Shown here one piece after another: positions 28,054-36,770 of a stretch of DNA of 64,000 bases (position 1 is its first letter; every line of letters begins with the position of its first letter). The notes beneath the pieces were generated by a model, which saw only the letters and a program-made list of their open reading frames with translations, made no database searches and was not told the origin of the DNA. Source of the stretch: Dehalococcoidia bacterium (lineage in GTDB: Bacteria; Chloroflexota; Dehalococcoidia; Lucifugimonadales; UBA3495); NCBI GenBank assembly GCA_965197665.1, contig CBDANO010000005.1, forward strand, positions 757,293-821,292, in the 5' to 3' direction. Both the position numbers and the translations under genes were made by a program.

Positions 28054-28764
28054 GTGAACGACGACCCATTAATTTGCGAGATCATTCGTAGAGGTGAGAT
28101 CGCCGCCTGTGAATTGGCGCCCGTAGGCTCAAACTACACCTTCTTGGTCCAGCTGCAATTGGACGGCAACACCAACCTGGGGATATACAAGCCCCGCGAC
28201 GGCGAGTCGCCCCTCTGGGACTTTCCCCGGGGCACTTTATACAAGAGGGAGTACGCCGCATATTTGCTTAGCCAAATCCTGGGCTGGGACTTCATTCCCT
28301 TCACTATCATTCGAGACGGGCCCTATGGCATCGGCACGGTCCAAAGGTTCGTCGAGCACGACCCCAAGCAGAACTACTACTCCCTTACCAACGACAAAGC
28401 CGATCAGCTCAAGGCCATCGCTTGCTTCGATCTGGTAGCCAACAGCACCGACCGCAAGCCAAACCACTTGATCGTCGACGGCGACGGGAAACTGTGGGGC
28501 ATTGACAACGGTCTGACTTTCCACGCCGACACAAAAATCCGAACGGTCATTTGGGACTTTAGCGGGGAACGCATCCCGGAGCGGCTGCTGTCCGATCTCA
28601 AACGGTTCAACGACCGGTTGCAATCTCCCCAAGGCCTCCTCGCCGAGTTGCTGGAGCTGCTCGACGGCGAGGAGGCTGCGGCATTTCAACGACGAATCGA
28701 TTGGGTGCTAACCGAGGGCGCGTATCCGGGCTTGCCCGCCCGCTACCGCCGCCGCCGGACGTAG
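28054..28764 (+). CDS. SCO1664-family (PI3/4-kinase-like fold) protein
   Basis: GSNYTFLV...GIYKPRDGESPLWDFP.GTLYKREYAAY...GTVQRFV...NSTDRKPNHLIV...LWGIDNGLTFH. GTG start. Adjacent to DUF3090, as is usual. Confidence 0.7.
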   Translation: MNDDPLICEIIRRGEIAACELAPVGSNYTFLVQLQLDGNTNLGIYKPRDGESPLWDFPRGTLYKREYAAYLLSQILGWDFIPFTIIRDGPYGIGTVQRFVEHDPKQNYYSLTNDKADQLKAIACFDLVANSTDRKPNHLIVDGDGKLWGIDNGLTFHADTKIRTVIWDFSGERIPERLLSDLKRFNDRLQSPQGLLAELLELLDGEEAAAFQRRIDWVLTEGAYPGLPARYRRRRT

Positions 28765-28828
28765 CGTTTGCTCCCTTGAGACACCGGGGAACTACCACAC
28801 TTGGCCGAGAGGGGCGAAGGAAGATAAG

Positions 28829-29185
28829 GTGACAGTACAGCAAATCAGCGCAGTCACTCTGGCGGTGCGGGACATGGCCCGGTCCGTAGATTTTTTCCAA
28901 AGCAAAGTAGGGTTGAAAATGCTCTACGGAGGAGGGTCCGCGTCCTTCACCAGCTTCAGGGTCGGCCACGGATACCTGAACCTAACGTTGGAAGCTAGGG
29001 CGGAGCCGGCTTGGTGGGGCCGGTTGATATTCTACGTGGACGACGTCGACGCCATGTACCACCGCTTGGTCCAATCCGGGCTGACCCCTACCACCACCCC
29101 GGAGGACGCGCCTTGGGGCGAGCGCTACTTCCACGTTAACGATCCGGACGCTCATGAGTTGAGCTTCGCCAAACCGCTGGCGTGA
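28829..29185 (+). CDS. VOC/glyoxalase-family protein
   Basis: ISAVTLAVRDMARSVDFFQSKVGLKM...FYVDDVDAMYHRL...APWGERYFHVNDPDAHELSF. Confidence 0.8.
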   Translation: MTVQQISAVTLAVRDMARSVDFFQSKVGLKMLYGGGSASFTSFRVGHGYLNLTLEARAEPAWWGRLIFYVDDVDAMYHRLVQSGLTPTTTPEDAPWGERYFHVNDPDAHELSFAKPLA

Positions 29186-29222
29186 CGCGCCCGGCCCTTT
29201 CCGGGCGCGGCTGACCCCTAGC

Positions 29223-30302
29223 TCAAAGGTTGACTAAGAAGTTTATTACGTCGCCGTCTTGGATACCGTAGGTCTTCCCCTCGGACCGCAGCACTCCTTC
29301 TTTACGCCCTTGGGCTATGCTGCCGCAGCGGGCCAAGTCCTCGAAGGGTATGACCTCCGCCCGGATGAATCCCCGCTGGAAATCAGTGTGAATGACCCCG
29401 GCAGCTTGCTGCGCCGCCATTCCCGCCGGCACGCTCCAAGCCCGGACCTCCTCATCGCCCACGGTAAGAAAGGACACCAGCTCCAAGGCCTCGTAGCTGG
29501 TACGAACCACCTGGCGCACCGCCGATTCACCCAAGCCCAACTCCCGGCGAAACTCTTCCGCTTCTTCCTCCGGCATCATAGCCAGGTCGGCCTCCAGCTT
29601 ACCGCAAAGGCTTACCACGGCTAGACCCGGAGGTTCGGACCGGCTATCACCATTCAGGTCCACTGACCCGTCCGGCGAGGACTCGTCGGTGTTCAGGACT
29701 AATATGACCGGTTTGGCGGTTAGAAGTTGATAGTCGGCGATCAGCCTCTTTTGGGACGGGGCCGCTTCTTGCCGCCTAAGGGGAACACCGTCGTCCAAAG
29801 CCCCCTTTACTTTCTTTACCGCTTCCAGCTGGGACACCAAGGCCGGCCTTTCGGCGGGCTTCGACTTCTTGATGCCGTCATCGAGGCGTTCCTCGGCGCG
29901 CTCCAAGACTTCCAGGTCGGCCAAGCTCAGCTCACCCAACATACCGGTCAAGTCACGGTCAGGATCAACGCTGCCCAGCGGGTGGGGCATTGCCGGGTCG
30001 GTAAAGTTCCTCACGACGAGCAAGAAGGCGTCCGCTCCTTGCAGCAGGTTCCGGTGCTTTCCATCAATGATTTGAGACCGGGCCGAGGACTGGGGCGGCG
30101 GGAGGTCCCAATAGGTAACCTCGGCGTGGACCACCTTCTTTCGTTGATACATTTCAGCCAGCGCGTCCAGCCGGCGGTCGGCTACCTTCACGACACCCAC
30201 GTGCACTTCGCCGGCCCCCGCGGTATCGGTGCGGCCCTTGGTCAAGGCGTTGAAGATGGTGGTCTTCCCGCTGCCGGGCAGACCAATGATGGCCACGTCC
30301 AT
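29223..30302 (-). CDS. ychF: YchF/OLA1-type ribosome-associated ATPase
   Basis: P-loop IIGLPGSGKTTIFNALT, LVLNTDE (NxxE G4 variant), C-terminal TGS-like IHTDFQRGFIRAEVIPFEDL...EGKTYGIQDGDVINFLVNL. Confidence 0.85.
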   Translation of the reverse strand: MDVAIIGLPGSGKTTIFNALTKGRTDTAGAGEVHVGVVKVADRRLDALAEMYQRKKVVHAEVTYWDLPPPQSSARSQIIDGKHRNLLQGADAFLLVVRNFTDPAMPHPLGSVDPDRDLTGMLGELSLADLEVLERAEERLDDGIKKSKPAERPALVSQLEAVKKVKGALDDGVPLRRQEAAPSQKRLIADYQLLTAKPVILVLNTDESSPDGSVDLNGDSRSEPPGLAVVSLCGKLEADLAMMPEEEAEEFRRELGLGESAVRQVVRTSYEALELVSFLTVGDEEVRAWSVPAGMAAQQAAGVIHTDFQRGFIRAEVIPFEDLARCGSIAQGRKEGVLRSEGKTYGIQDGDVINFLVNL

Positions 30303-30327
30303 TCGGAGAATCTACCCTGCCCGGGTC

Positions 30328-31440
30328 TCAGTAAGACTGGAACAACCGGCCCCAATCGGTCTGCAGCGCGGAATTGATCCGCCGGCGGCCGTGGGTCTTG
30401 AGCCAGTAGCCGTTGTGGTAGAGGTTTGAAGCAAAGAAGGCCCAAGCAACCAAGGGGCTGCGCAACAGCAGCTTCTCCAAGGGCTTCAACGGGCCCCAAT
30501 AGATCAGCTTCTGGCCCCGGCTGGCGAAAGTGTTTTCAACGCCGGAGAACCGCCAGTTTACTTGGCTTATGTCCTCGCCCACCACGTCGATCTTGTCAAT
30601 GTCACCGCACCCCAGCCCCCGCTCGTGGGCCAGCCGGATGAACTTGATGCTCATGGGGTCGAACCCCATCATCTTGGCGGCCACCGCGTCGATGGCTACT
30701 TGGTCTGCGCTGGCCAATACCCGGTCCTTCACGTGCCATCGCATCGCCCGAGGGCCCGGTCCGTCGCCGGCAAAGGTACCGTCCATCACCGCGAAAATGC
30801 CGGGGTGGATTTCCTGCTGGATGGCCAGCAGGTCCACCAGGGTTTCATGGATCACCGAGTGGGTCCAGTGGCGTTTGCGGTGGAGCAAGCCGCCGAAGGC
30901 GTTTTTCATCGCTCCGGTCATAGTGGTAAACACGTGGGTCTTCATGGTGGGCAGGTGAACGACGTTAGTCCCGGGGAAGGACTCGGGTATCTGGATGCCC
31001 TCCGGGAAAATGTCATCCAGCGCCAGCATCTCCGCTTTGGGCTTGTATTCCACCCATCGATTAGGCGGCGTGTCCAAGTGAATCGTAGGCAGGCCATGCC
31101 GCTCTTGAACAGCCCGGTGTTTGTTGTTCGACTCTCCTTCGTAAGAATCGACCACCACAGTGCCGTTATGGGCCCCTATCAAGTTCTTGTGCCCCAGGTT
31201 CTTAAGGGCTTGAATCACCCCGTCCAGTTGCCAGGGGGTGGTGGAACAACCGGGGTACCAGTGCTGCCACGAAATGTTGATTTTTAACAACGTAGTGAGG
31301 TCCGGCTTCAGGTGTTGGGTCACCCCGGCCATGATCATGGCCCGTTGTACATCTTCCAACACCGTCTCGGGCCGGGCGGCTACCACCGCCACCAATGCCC
31401 GCCGGCTTGGCCGTAAAGCTTGGGCCGCCGGAGCCGTCAT
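30328..31440 (-). CDS. DUF362-domain protein
   Basis: LLKINISWQHWYPGCSTTPWQLDGV...HLPTMKTHVFTTMTGAMKNAFGGL...AVMDGTFAGDGPGP...VLASADQVAIDAVAAKMMGFDP. The start is uncertain: ORF runs to 31605 and ATG 31440 was chosen. Confidence 0.7.
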   Translation of the reverse strand: MTAPAAQALRPSRRALVAVVAARPETVLEDVQRAMIMAGVTQHLKPDLTTLLKINISWQHWYPGCSTTPWQLDGVIQALKNLGHKNLIGAHNGTVVVDSYEGESNNKHRAVQERHGLPTIHLDTPPNRWVEYKPKAEMLALDDIFPEGIQIPESFPGTNVVHLPTMKTHVFTTMTGAMKNAFGGLLHRKRHWTHSVIHETLVDLLAIQQEIHPGIFAVMDGTFAGDGPGPRAMRWHVKDRVLASADQVAIDAVAAKMMGFDPMSIKFIRLAHERGLGCGDIDKIDVVGEDISQVNWRFSGVENTFASRGQKLIYWGPLKPLEKLLLRSPLVAWAFFASNLYHNGYWLKTHGRRRINSALQTDWGRLFQSY

Positions 31441-31670
31441 GGTTTGTGGTGTCTCGTGACCGGTCACCGCGCTCCCCCTCCTGTTTGGTTCACCCACACA
31501 GCTTACTCCAATGCTACCCGGCCGGGTATTGCCAGCTTGGCCGCTATCCGGACTTTTTCGCCGACCCCGATCAAGGGGCAAACGCCGCAACAGCGTTATG
31601 TCCACGGTAGTCCAGCCGACCCGGCCAAAACGCCGGCCGTTCCGGATGGTAGTAAAAAGAGCGCCCGACC

Positions 31671-32615
31671 TCAGTCGTTCAAGATCAAGACCAAGGCCAC
31701 CACCAGGACCCAGCCGGCTATGGACAAGACCAGCGGCGGGTCCCGGGCGATGAGTTGCTCCGGCGCCTCGGCTTTATCGCTGGTGTTAAGCAAATACAGG
31801 TACCGGAACAAGCCCAACGTCACCAACGGTATGGTCAACAACATAGTGTTGTTTTGAGGCAGGTTCTCGGCCTCCACCGTGTATAGAGTATAGCTCAACC
31901 AAGCCGAAGTCGCCGAAATCGTCAGCAACTGCCCGATGAAGGACCCGGCATACTTGCTGAGGACAGACCTCTGGTCCACCGCGCCGCCGGCAAGCCGTAC
32001 CTCGGCGTAGCGGCGCCCCAGCACGATGAACAAGGCGCCGGCGGCGGTGGTAGCGTAGAGCCAAGGCGAAGGCGTAACGTCGATAGCGACGGCGCCGGCC
32101 ACTGCCCGGATCACGTACCCGCTGGCCACCATCAGAACATCGACGAGGACCAGTCGTTTGACCCCCAACGAATAGGAAACATTTATACCAAGGTATATGC
32201 CGCCAATGCCCGCCAGTACCGGGTCGATCAGGAATGAACCTACCAACCCCGCCGCGGCGAGGACCGTCATCAGGCCCGCCGCCAAGGGCGCGGATACCGT
32301 GCCCGACGCTATCGGCCGGCGCCTTTTGACCGGGTGCCGCCGGTCCGCCTGCCGGTCCGCCAGATCGTTGAACAAGTACACCGCGCCCGACAAAGCGCAA
32401 AAGCACGCGAATACTACCAGCAGTTTGCCGATCAACCCCGGGACTGGGTCTATGTCGTCCAGGGACCATGCCTGCCGGATAGCAAACATGAAGGGCAGGA
32501 ACACCAAGACATTCTTGATCCACTGTTGCGGCCGCAGCGATCTGAGTAGGGCTACCCCGTGTATAGCCGCCGCGTTCCGCCCCATCGATTTGCAAATCTT
32601 TTCAGCCGTGCTCAT
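31671..32615 (-). CDS. UbiA-family prenyltransferase (decaprenyl-phosphate phosphoribosyltransferase-like)
   Basis: LRPQQWIKNVLVFLPFMFA, NDLADRQADRRHPVKRRRPIASG, about 8 TM segments. Confidence 0.8.
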   Translation of the reverse strand: MSTAEKICKSMGRNAAAIHGVALLRSLRPQQWIKNVLVFLPFMFAIRQAWSLDDIDPVPGLIGKLLVVFACFCALSGAVYLFNDLADRQADRRHPVKRRRPIASGTVSAPLAAGLMTVLAAAGLVGSFLIDPVLAGIGGIYLGINVSYSLGVKRLVLVDVLMVASGYVIRAVAGAVAIDVTPSPWLYATTAAGALFIVLGRRYAEVRLAGGAVDQRSVLSKYAGSFIGQLLTISATSAWLSYTLYTVEAENLPQNNTMLLTIPLVTLGLFRYLYLLNTSDKAEAPEQLIARDPPLVLSIAGWVLVVALVLILND

Positions 32616-32873
32616 ATCACATCCGGTTTTATGAAGAAACCTCGAGGGCCGGAGATTCCCGTTCCCCGGCTGCCGTCCCGGTCGGCATCACTTTGTTCAG
32701 CCAGACCAGCGCCGCCAGACCTACGGCGACAGCGAACCACAGAGTAGCCAGCCGCACCAGCAACGTTCCGGCGGAGGCGCCTGCCTCAACCGGCATTGGA
32801 GCTTGTCATGAAAATACGAGGTTTCATTCCCTCTAGCGGCCCGCCGCGGCGGGCTACGGGTAATATTGAGGCG

Positions 32874-33296
32874 CTATCCGGAGGCGCGTAGCTGAGAGTA
32901 CATCGCGCCCAAGGCGCCCATGCTCGCCGTGTATAGAGTAAAGATAATCACCGCGATCCACAGCAGCCAAAGGAACCGGTCGCTCAGGTCTATGCTCAGG
33001 GTCAAGCCGACAGCCACCGCCAGCAAGACCAAGAATACCAACAGCCCCAGCAGACTGCCAAACAGCAAGGACTTGAAGGCGTATGAGCCGCTACCCGATT
33101 TGGCGGAAGATATTCCGTAGTACCCACCTATAAAGGCGCCAAAGGGGACTCCAACCAGGTCCACAATGGGAATAAGCGCCAGTAGCAGCATGATTCCCAG
33201 GCCAACAAAAGCGCCCTTGACCATTAACCCCTCGGCCTCAGCCGGTACGAGGCCAGCCGGCATTGATTCGATCGGGTCTAGCCCGCCGCGTCTCAT
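32874..33296 (-). CDS. Small integral membrane protein
   Basis: Four hydrophobic segments in the last ~115 aa. Start uncertain (ATG at 33296, 33263 or 33224). The upstream part of ORF 32874..33494 is translated tandem repeat. Confidence 0.5.
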   Translation of the reverse strand: MRRGGLDPIESMPAGLVPAEAEGLMVKGAFVGLGIMLLLALIPIVDLVGVPFGAFIGGYYGISSAKSGSGSYAFKSLLFGSLLGLLVFLVLLAVAVGLTLSIDLSDRFLWLLWIAVIIFTLYTASMGALGAMYSQLRASG

Positions 33297-33297
33297 T

Positions 33298-33393
33298 ATA
33301 AACAGCCCCGACGGAAAGGCGCTATCGAGCCGCCGCGGGCTTGAAATAAACAGACCCGACGGAGAGGCGCTATCGAGCCGCCGCGAGCTTGAA
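33298..33393. repeat. Two tandem 48-bp units
   Basis: ATAAACAGCCCCGACGGAAAGGCGCTATCGAGCCGCCGCGGGCTTGAA followed by ATAAACAGACCCGACGGAGAGGCGCTATCGAGCCGCCGCGAGCTTGAA (45/48 identical). Lies in the divergent intergenic region. Confidence 0.85.
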
Positions 33394-33547
33394 GCTCGTT
33401 TCGGGGGTTGTGGCAGTACCCCCTTCGCAAGGTTATACTGAAGGGGACCCGCCCTCTCAATTGCGCAACCTGATTTACAAGTTCTTCGTAACAATCCCCC
33501 ATGCCGATTAAGACCGGCGCCACGAAGGATGAAAATCGCCTATCTTC

Positions 33548-33997
33548 ATGGCAACAACACAAGTCTGTTCCACTCGGATTCAAGGGGAGGCGTCATTGAG
33601 CGCGGAAGGGCGCGAACAGCCGCCAAGCTACGAGGCGCCCGTTGCCCAATTATTGGGCATTCGCTCGGTGATTTCCGAGGATGGAGCGGGCCGCGCAACC
33701 ATGATCGTCCGGGATGAGCACCTCCAAGAGGCCGGGGTTGTTCAAGGCGGTCTTATAGTTACCCTGGCCGATCACGCCATGTATCTTGCTTTGAGGACCC
33801 GCCTAACTCCGGGCCAACGAAGCACTACTGTGGAGCTGAAGGTAAACTTCATTTCTCCCGCCAAGGACGGGGAACTGACCGCCAACGCGCGGGTAATCAG
33901 CGCCGGCCGCCGGATCATAGTTGCGGAAGTGGAGGTGACTAACGACCGGGAAAAGTTGATAGCCCGGGGCTTAGGGACCTCCTTGGTGCTATCCTGA
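33548..33997 (+). CDS. PaaI-family hotdog thioesterase
   Basis: GVVQGGLIVTLADHAM...TVELKVNFISPAKDGELTANARVISAGRRIIVAEVEV. Confidence 0.8.
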   Translation: MATTQVCSTRIQGEASLSAEGREQPPSYEAPVAQLLGIRSVISEDGAGRATMIVRDEHLQEAGVVQGGLIVTLADHAMYLALRTRLTPGQRSTTVELKVNFISPAKDGELTANARVISAGRRIIVAEVEVTNDREKLIARGLGTSLVLS

Positions 33998-34166
33998 GCA
34001 ACCTCGAGCGTTCCAGTGTGTTTTCATTTCAGTTGGCCTTTAAGAAAACTTGCAGCCGGGCTTACTCGCTTCGCCGAGTCGATTGGGTGAAGCAACCATC
34101 GAAATTGGAAATTCATCCCCGGCGATGCTATAATTTTCCTGGCGGACCGGCCCGGAGGTAGGCGTC

Positions 34167-34601
34167 ATGAGGATTCCAATGAAAGTGGACTACGGGGTGA
34201 GGGCGCTGGTGGAGTTGGCCTTGCGCTACGGAGAAGGTCCGGTACAAACTGGGGACATCGCCTACACTCAGGGAATACCGGAGGCTTATCTGGACCAGTT
34301 GATGACCGTTCTCCAAAAGTGCGGCTTCGTGGTTAGCCGGAGGGGCCCCCAAGGCGGCCACAGGCTGGCCATGGACCCAAGGGACATCAACCTCCACATG
34401 GTGATGAATACCCTGGATAGCAGCGTGTCGCCCCTCGACTGCCTCATCCACCCCAATGATTGCGTCTTTTCCGAGTCCTGCGCCCAGCAGGAGGTGTGGA
34501 AGTCCGTCGAGGAAGCCGTCCAAGAGGTGCTGCAAAACATCACCGTGTCCGACTTGGCCAAACGGCAGCGTCACCTGAGTCAGCGAGTACCCGTCCACTG
34601 A
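34167..34601 (+). CDS. Rrf2-family transcriptional regulator
   Basis: MKVDYGVRALVELA...IAYTQGIPEAYLDQLMTVLQKCGFVVSRRGPQGGHRLA. Three Cys in the C-terminal half (possible Fe-S ligands). Confidence 0.85.
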   Translation: MRIPMKVDYGVRALVELALRYGEGPVQTGDIAYTQGIPEAYLDQLMTVLQKCGFVVSRRGPQGGHRLAMDPRDINLHMVMNTLDSSVSPLDCLIHPNDCVFSESCAQQEVWKSVEEAVQEVLQNITVSDLAKRQRHLSQRVPVH

Positions 34602-34682
34602 TAGCCCCAATTGCCCCGGCGGTCAGGACAAATCGAGTCCCATGGTCCGGCTAAACTCTCCGTCGCCCACCACCCTCATTTC

Positions 34683-34711
34683 TTGACAACCAACAACTCC
34701 GGATATAGACT
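34683..34711 (+). promoter_or_regulatory. Sigma-70-like promoter candidate (TTGACA-17 nt-TAGACT)
   Basis: TTGACA at 34683..34688 and TAGACT at 34706..34711, about 230 nt upstream of the thiF/moeB-like start. Confidence 0.4.
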
Positions 34712-34798
34712 CACTATTGATGTACCAATTCGAGGCTAGGCCTACCTGCGTCTGTACTTGTCCCCTTACATAGGGGGCATCCGAGCAGCGTCACATCG

Positions 34799-34849
34799 GC
34801 TTGCGCTCCCCCATAGACGGCCCACTATGAGGGGAGCGCAAGCTTTTTT
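34799..34849 (+). terminator. Intrinsic terminator or attenuator in the leader of the thiF-cysteine synthase operon
   Basis: 13-bp perfect stem GCTTGCGCTCCCC / GGGGAGCGCAAGC (34799..34811, 34831..34843) followed by TTTTTT. Located between the promoter candidate and ATG 34941. Confidence 0.65.
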
Positions 34850-34940
34850 ATGCGAGGAATCAGGCCCCGTCCCGAATGAGAGGACGCAAACTCCAAGAGA
34901 AAGACCCGGCTCAAGGGAATTACTAGGAGGAAAGGCAACT

Positions 34941-35783
34941 ATGGCGGAACAAGCCACTGCGTTGAGGCCCGACCAAGTAAAGCGGTACAGCCGTCACATC
35001 ATCATGGGGGACGTCGGGAGCAAAGGACAGCGCGCCCTATTGCAGTCCAAGGCCCTCATCGTGGGCGCCGGCGGCCTGGGGTCTCCGTCGGCTATCTACC
35101 TGGCCCTAGCCGGCGTCGGCACCATCGGCATCGTCGATTTCGACGTGGTGGAGATGTCCAACTTGCAGCGGCAGATACTTCACCACACGGCGGACATTGG
35201 AAGACCCAAGTTGGAGTCGGCCAAGGATAACATCAAGGCGTATAACCCCGACGTTAACATAGTGATGCACGGGGATAGGCTCGAGTCGGACAACGCCATG
35301 GAAATCATCGGCCAATACGACCTAGTGATTAACGGCGCCGACAACTTTGCTACCCGTTACTTGGTCAACGACGCTTGCTATTTGTCGGGGAAACCCTTGG
35401 TCGACGGCAGCATCCTGATCTTCGACGGCCAAGCCACCGTTTTCATTCCCGGTCAAGGCTGCTATCGCTGTTTGTTCCCTTCACCGCCGCCTCCGGGAAT
35501 GGTGCCCAACTGCGCCGAGGCGGGTGTGCTGGGGGCCCTCACCGGCCTGGTGGGCAGCATCCAAGCGACCGAAGCTTTGAAACTGGTCCTGGGGATTGGA
35601 GAGTCTCTCAGTTCTCGGCTGCTGCTTATAGACGCCTTGAGCATGAGCTTCCGAGAAGTGAAGCTGAAGCGGAACCCGTCATGCCCCCTCTGCGGCGACG
35701 AGCCGTCCGTCACCGAGTTGATCGACTACGAAGTCTTTTGCGGGCTGGCCGCCCCGGAACCCGTCGCGGCCGCTTCCGACTAG
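34941..35783 (+). CDS. ThiF/MoeB/HesA-family adenylyltransferase (E1-like)
   Basis: ATG at 34941, 10 nt after AGGAGG. RYSRHIIM..VG..GQ..L....ALIVGAGGLGSP...LA.AGVGTIGIVDFDVVEMSNLQRQ. CxxC pairs (GCYRC, CPLCG). No rhodanese domain. Confidence 0.85.
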   Translation: MAEQATALRPDQVKRYSRHIIMGDVGSKGQRALLQSKALIVGAGGLGSPSAIYLALAGVGTIGIVDFDVVEMSNLQRQILHHTADIGRPKLESAKDNIKAYNPDVNIVMHGDRLESDNAMEIIGQYDLVINGADNFATRYLVNDACYLSGKPLVDGSILIFDGQATVFIPGQGCYRCLFPSPPPPGMVPNCAEAGVLGALTGLVGSIQATEALKLVLGIGESLSSRLLLIDALSMSFREVKLKRNPSCPLCGDEPSVTELIDYEVFCGLAAPEPVAAASD

Positions 35784-35819
35784 ATTGCCGCGCCAAAAAG
35801 GACCCGCCAAAAAAGACCC

Positions 35820-36770
35820 ATGATAGCTAAACTTACACGCAAGGGGATTCTGGCCACCATTGGAAATACGCCGGTGGTGGAGCTACAGAATATGAGCCCC
35901 AACGAAGACGTGCGCATCTTCGCCAAGCTGGAGGGCCAGAATCCCACCGGCAGCGTGAAGGACCGCATCGCTCTAAAGATGATTGAGCAAGCGGAGTTGG
36001 ACGGGGAAATCTCCTCCAACCGCACGATCTTGGAGCCCACCAGCGGCAATACCGGCATCTCCCTAGCCATGATCGGCCGGATGAAGAGCTACAAGGTGGC
36101 CGTGGTAATGCCGGAAAACGTCAGCGTGGAGCGGTCGCAAGCGCTGGAAGCATACGGCGCCGACATCATCTACTCCGACCCTACCCGCGGCACCAACGGT
36201 TCCATCGAGGCGGCCCACAGGCTGATCGAAAAGAGTCCCCACGACTATCTCATGCTGTACCAGTACGGCAACCGCGGCAACCCCGGCGCTCACTACGAGA
36301 CCACCGGGCAGGAAATCGTGGAAGCGTTACCCGAGGCTGACGCATTCGTGGCCGGCTTGGGGACCGGCGGGACCCTCATGGGCGTGGGGCAGCGGTTGAA
36401 GGAGCACAACCCCAGCATTAGAATCGTTGCGGTGGCGCCGGAGCCGGAGGACTTCGTTCCGGGTCTTAGGGACTTGGACCAAGGGTTTATTCCGCCGATT
36501 CTGGACCTCAACTTGCTGGACTCCAGGATACTGGTAAGCAGCTTCGATGCTTTTCGAGTCACCAAAGAGCTACTGCGTCAAGAAGGCATCTTCGCCGGCG
36601 TTTCTTCAGGCTCCGTAGTCTACGGCGCAATGAAGCAGGCGGAGCGCATGGACAGCGGCGCTATCGTATGCCTTCTGGCGGACGGCGGTTGGAAGTACCT
36701 GAGCACCAGCTTGTGGACCAAAGATTACGAGCAGATGGCTGAGGAGTCCAAGGGCAAGATTTGGTGGTGA
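35820..36770 (+). CDS. Cysteine synthase (CysK/CysM family, PLP-dependent)
   Basis: GNTPVVEL..., PLP-lysine motif NPTGSVKDR, EPTSGNTGISLA, GLGTGGTLMGVG. Confidence 0.9.
   Translation: MIAKLTRKGILATIGNTPVVELQNMSPNEDVRIFAKLEGQNPTGSVKDRIALKMIEQAELDGEISSNRTILEPTSGNTGISLAMIGRMKSYKVAVVMPENVSVERSQALEAYGADIIYSDPTRGTNGSIEAAHRLIEKSPHDYLMLYQYGNRGNPGAHYETTGQEIVEALPEADAFVAGLGTGGTLMGVGQRLKEHNPSIRIVAVAPEPEDFVPGLRDLDQGFIPPILDLNLLDSRILVSSFDAFRVTKELLRQEGIFAGVSSGSVVYGAMKQAERMDSGAIVCLLADGGWKYLSTSLWTKDYEQMAEESKGKIWW

Noticed and set aside
33298-33393. Tandem repeats at 33298..33393 and 63391..63442 as CRISPR arrays.
   Set aside because: Only 2-3 units are present. There are no uniform unique spacers (the first pair is head-to-tail with no spacer), and no cas genes are present.
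34758-34940. Extended N-terminus of the ThiF/MoeB ORF (start 34758).
   Set aside because: The extension runs through the terminator hairpin and has no homology. ATG 34941 has a canonical AGGAGG at correct spacing and gives the usual N-terminus.
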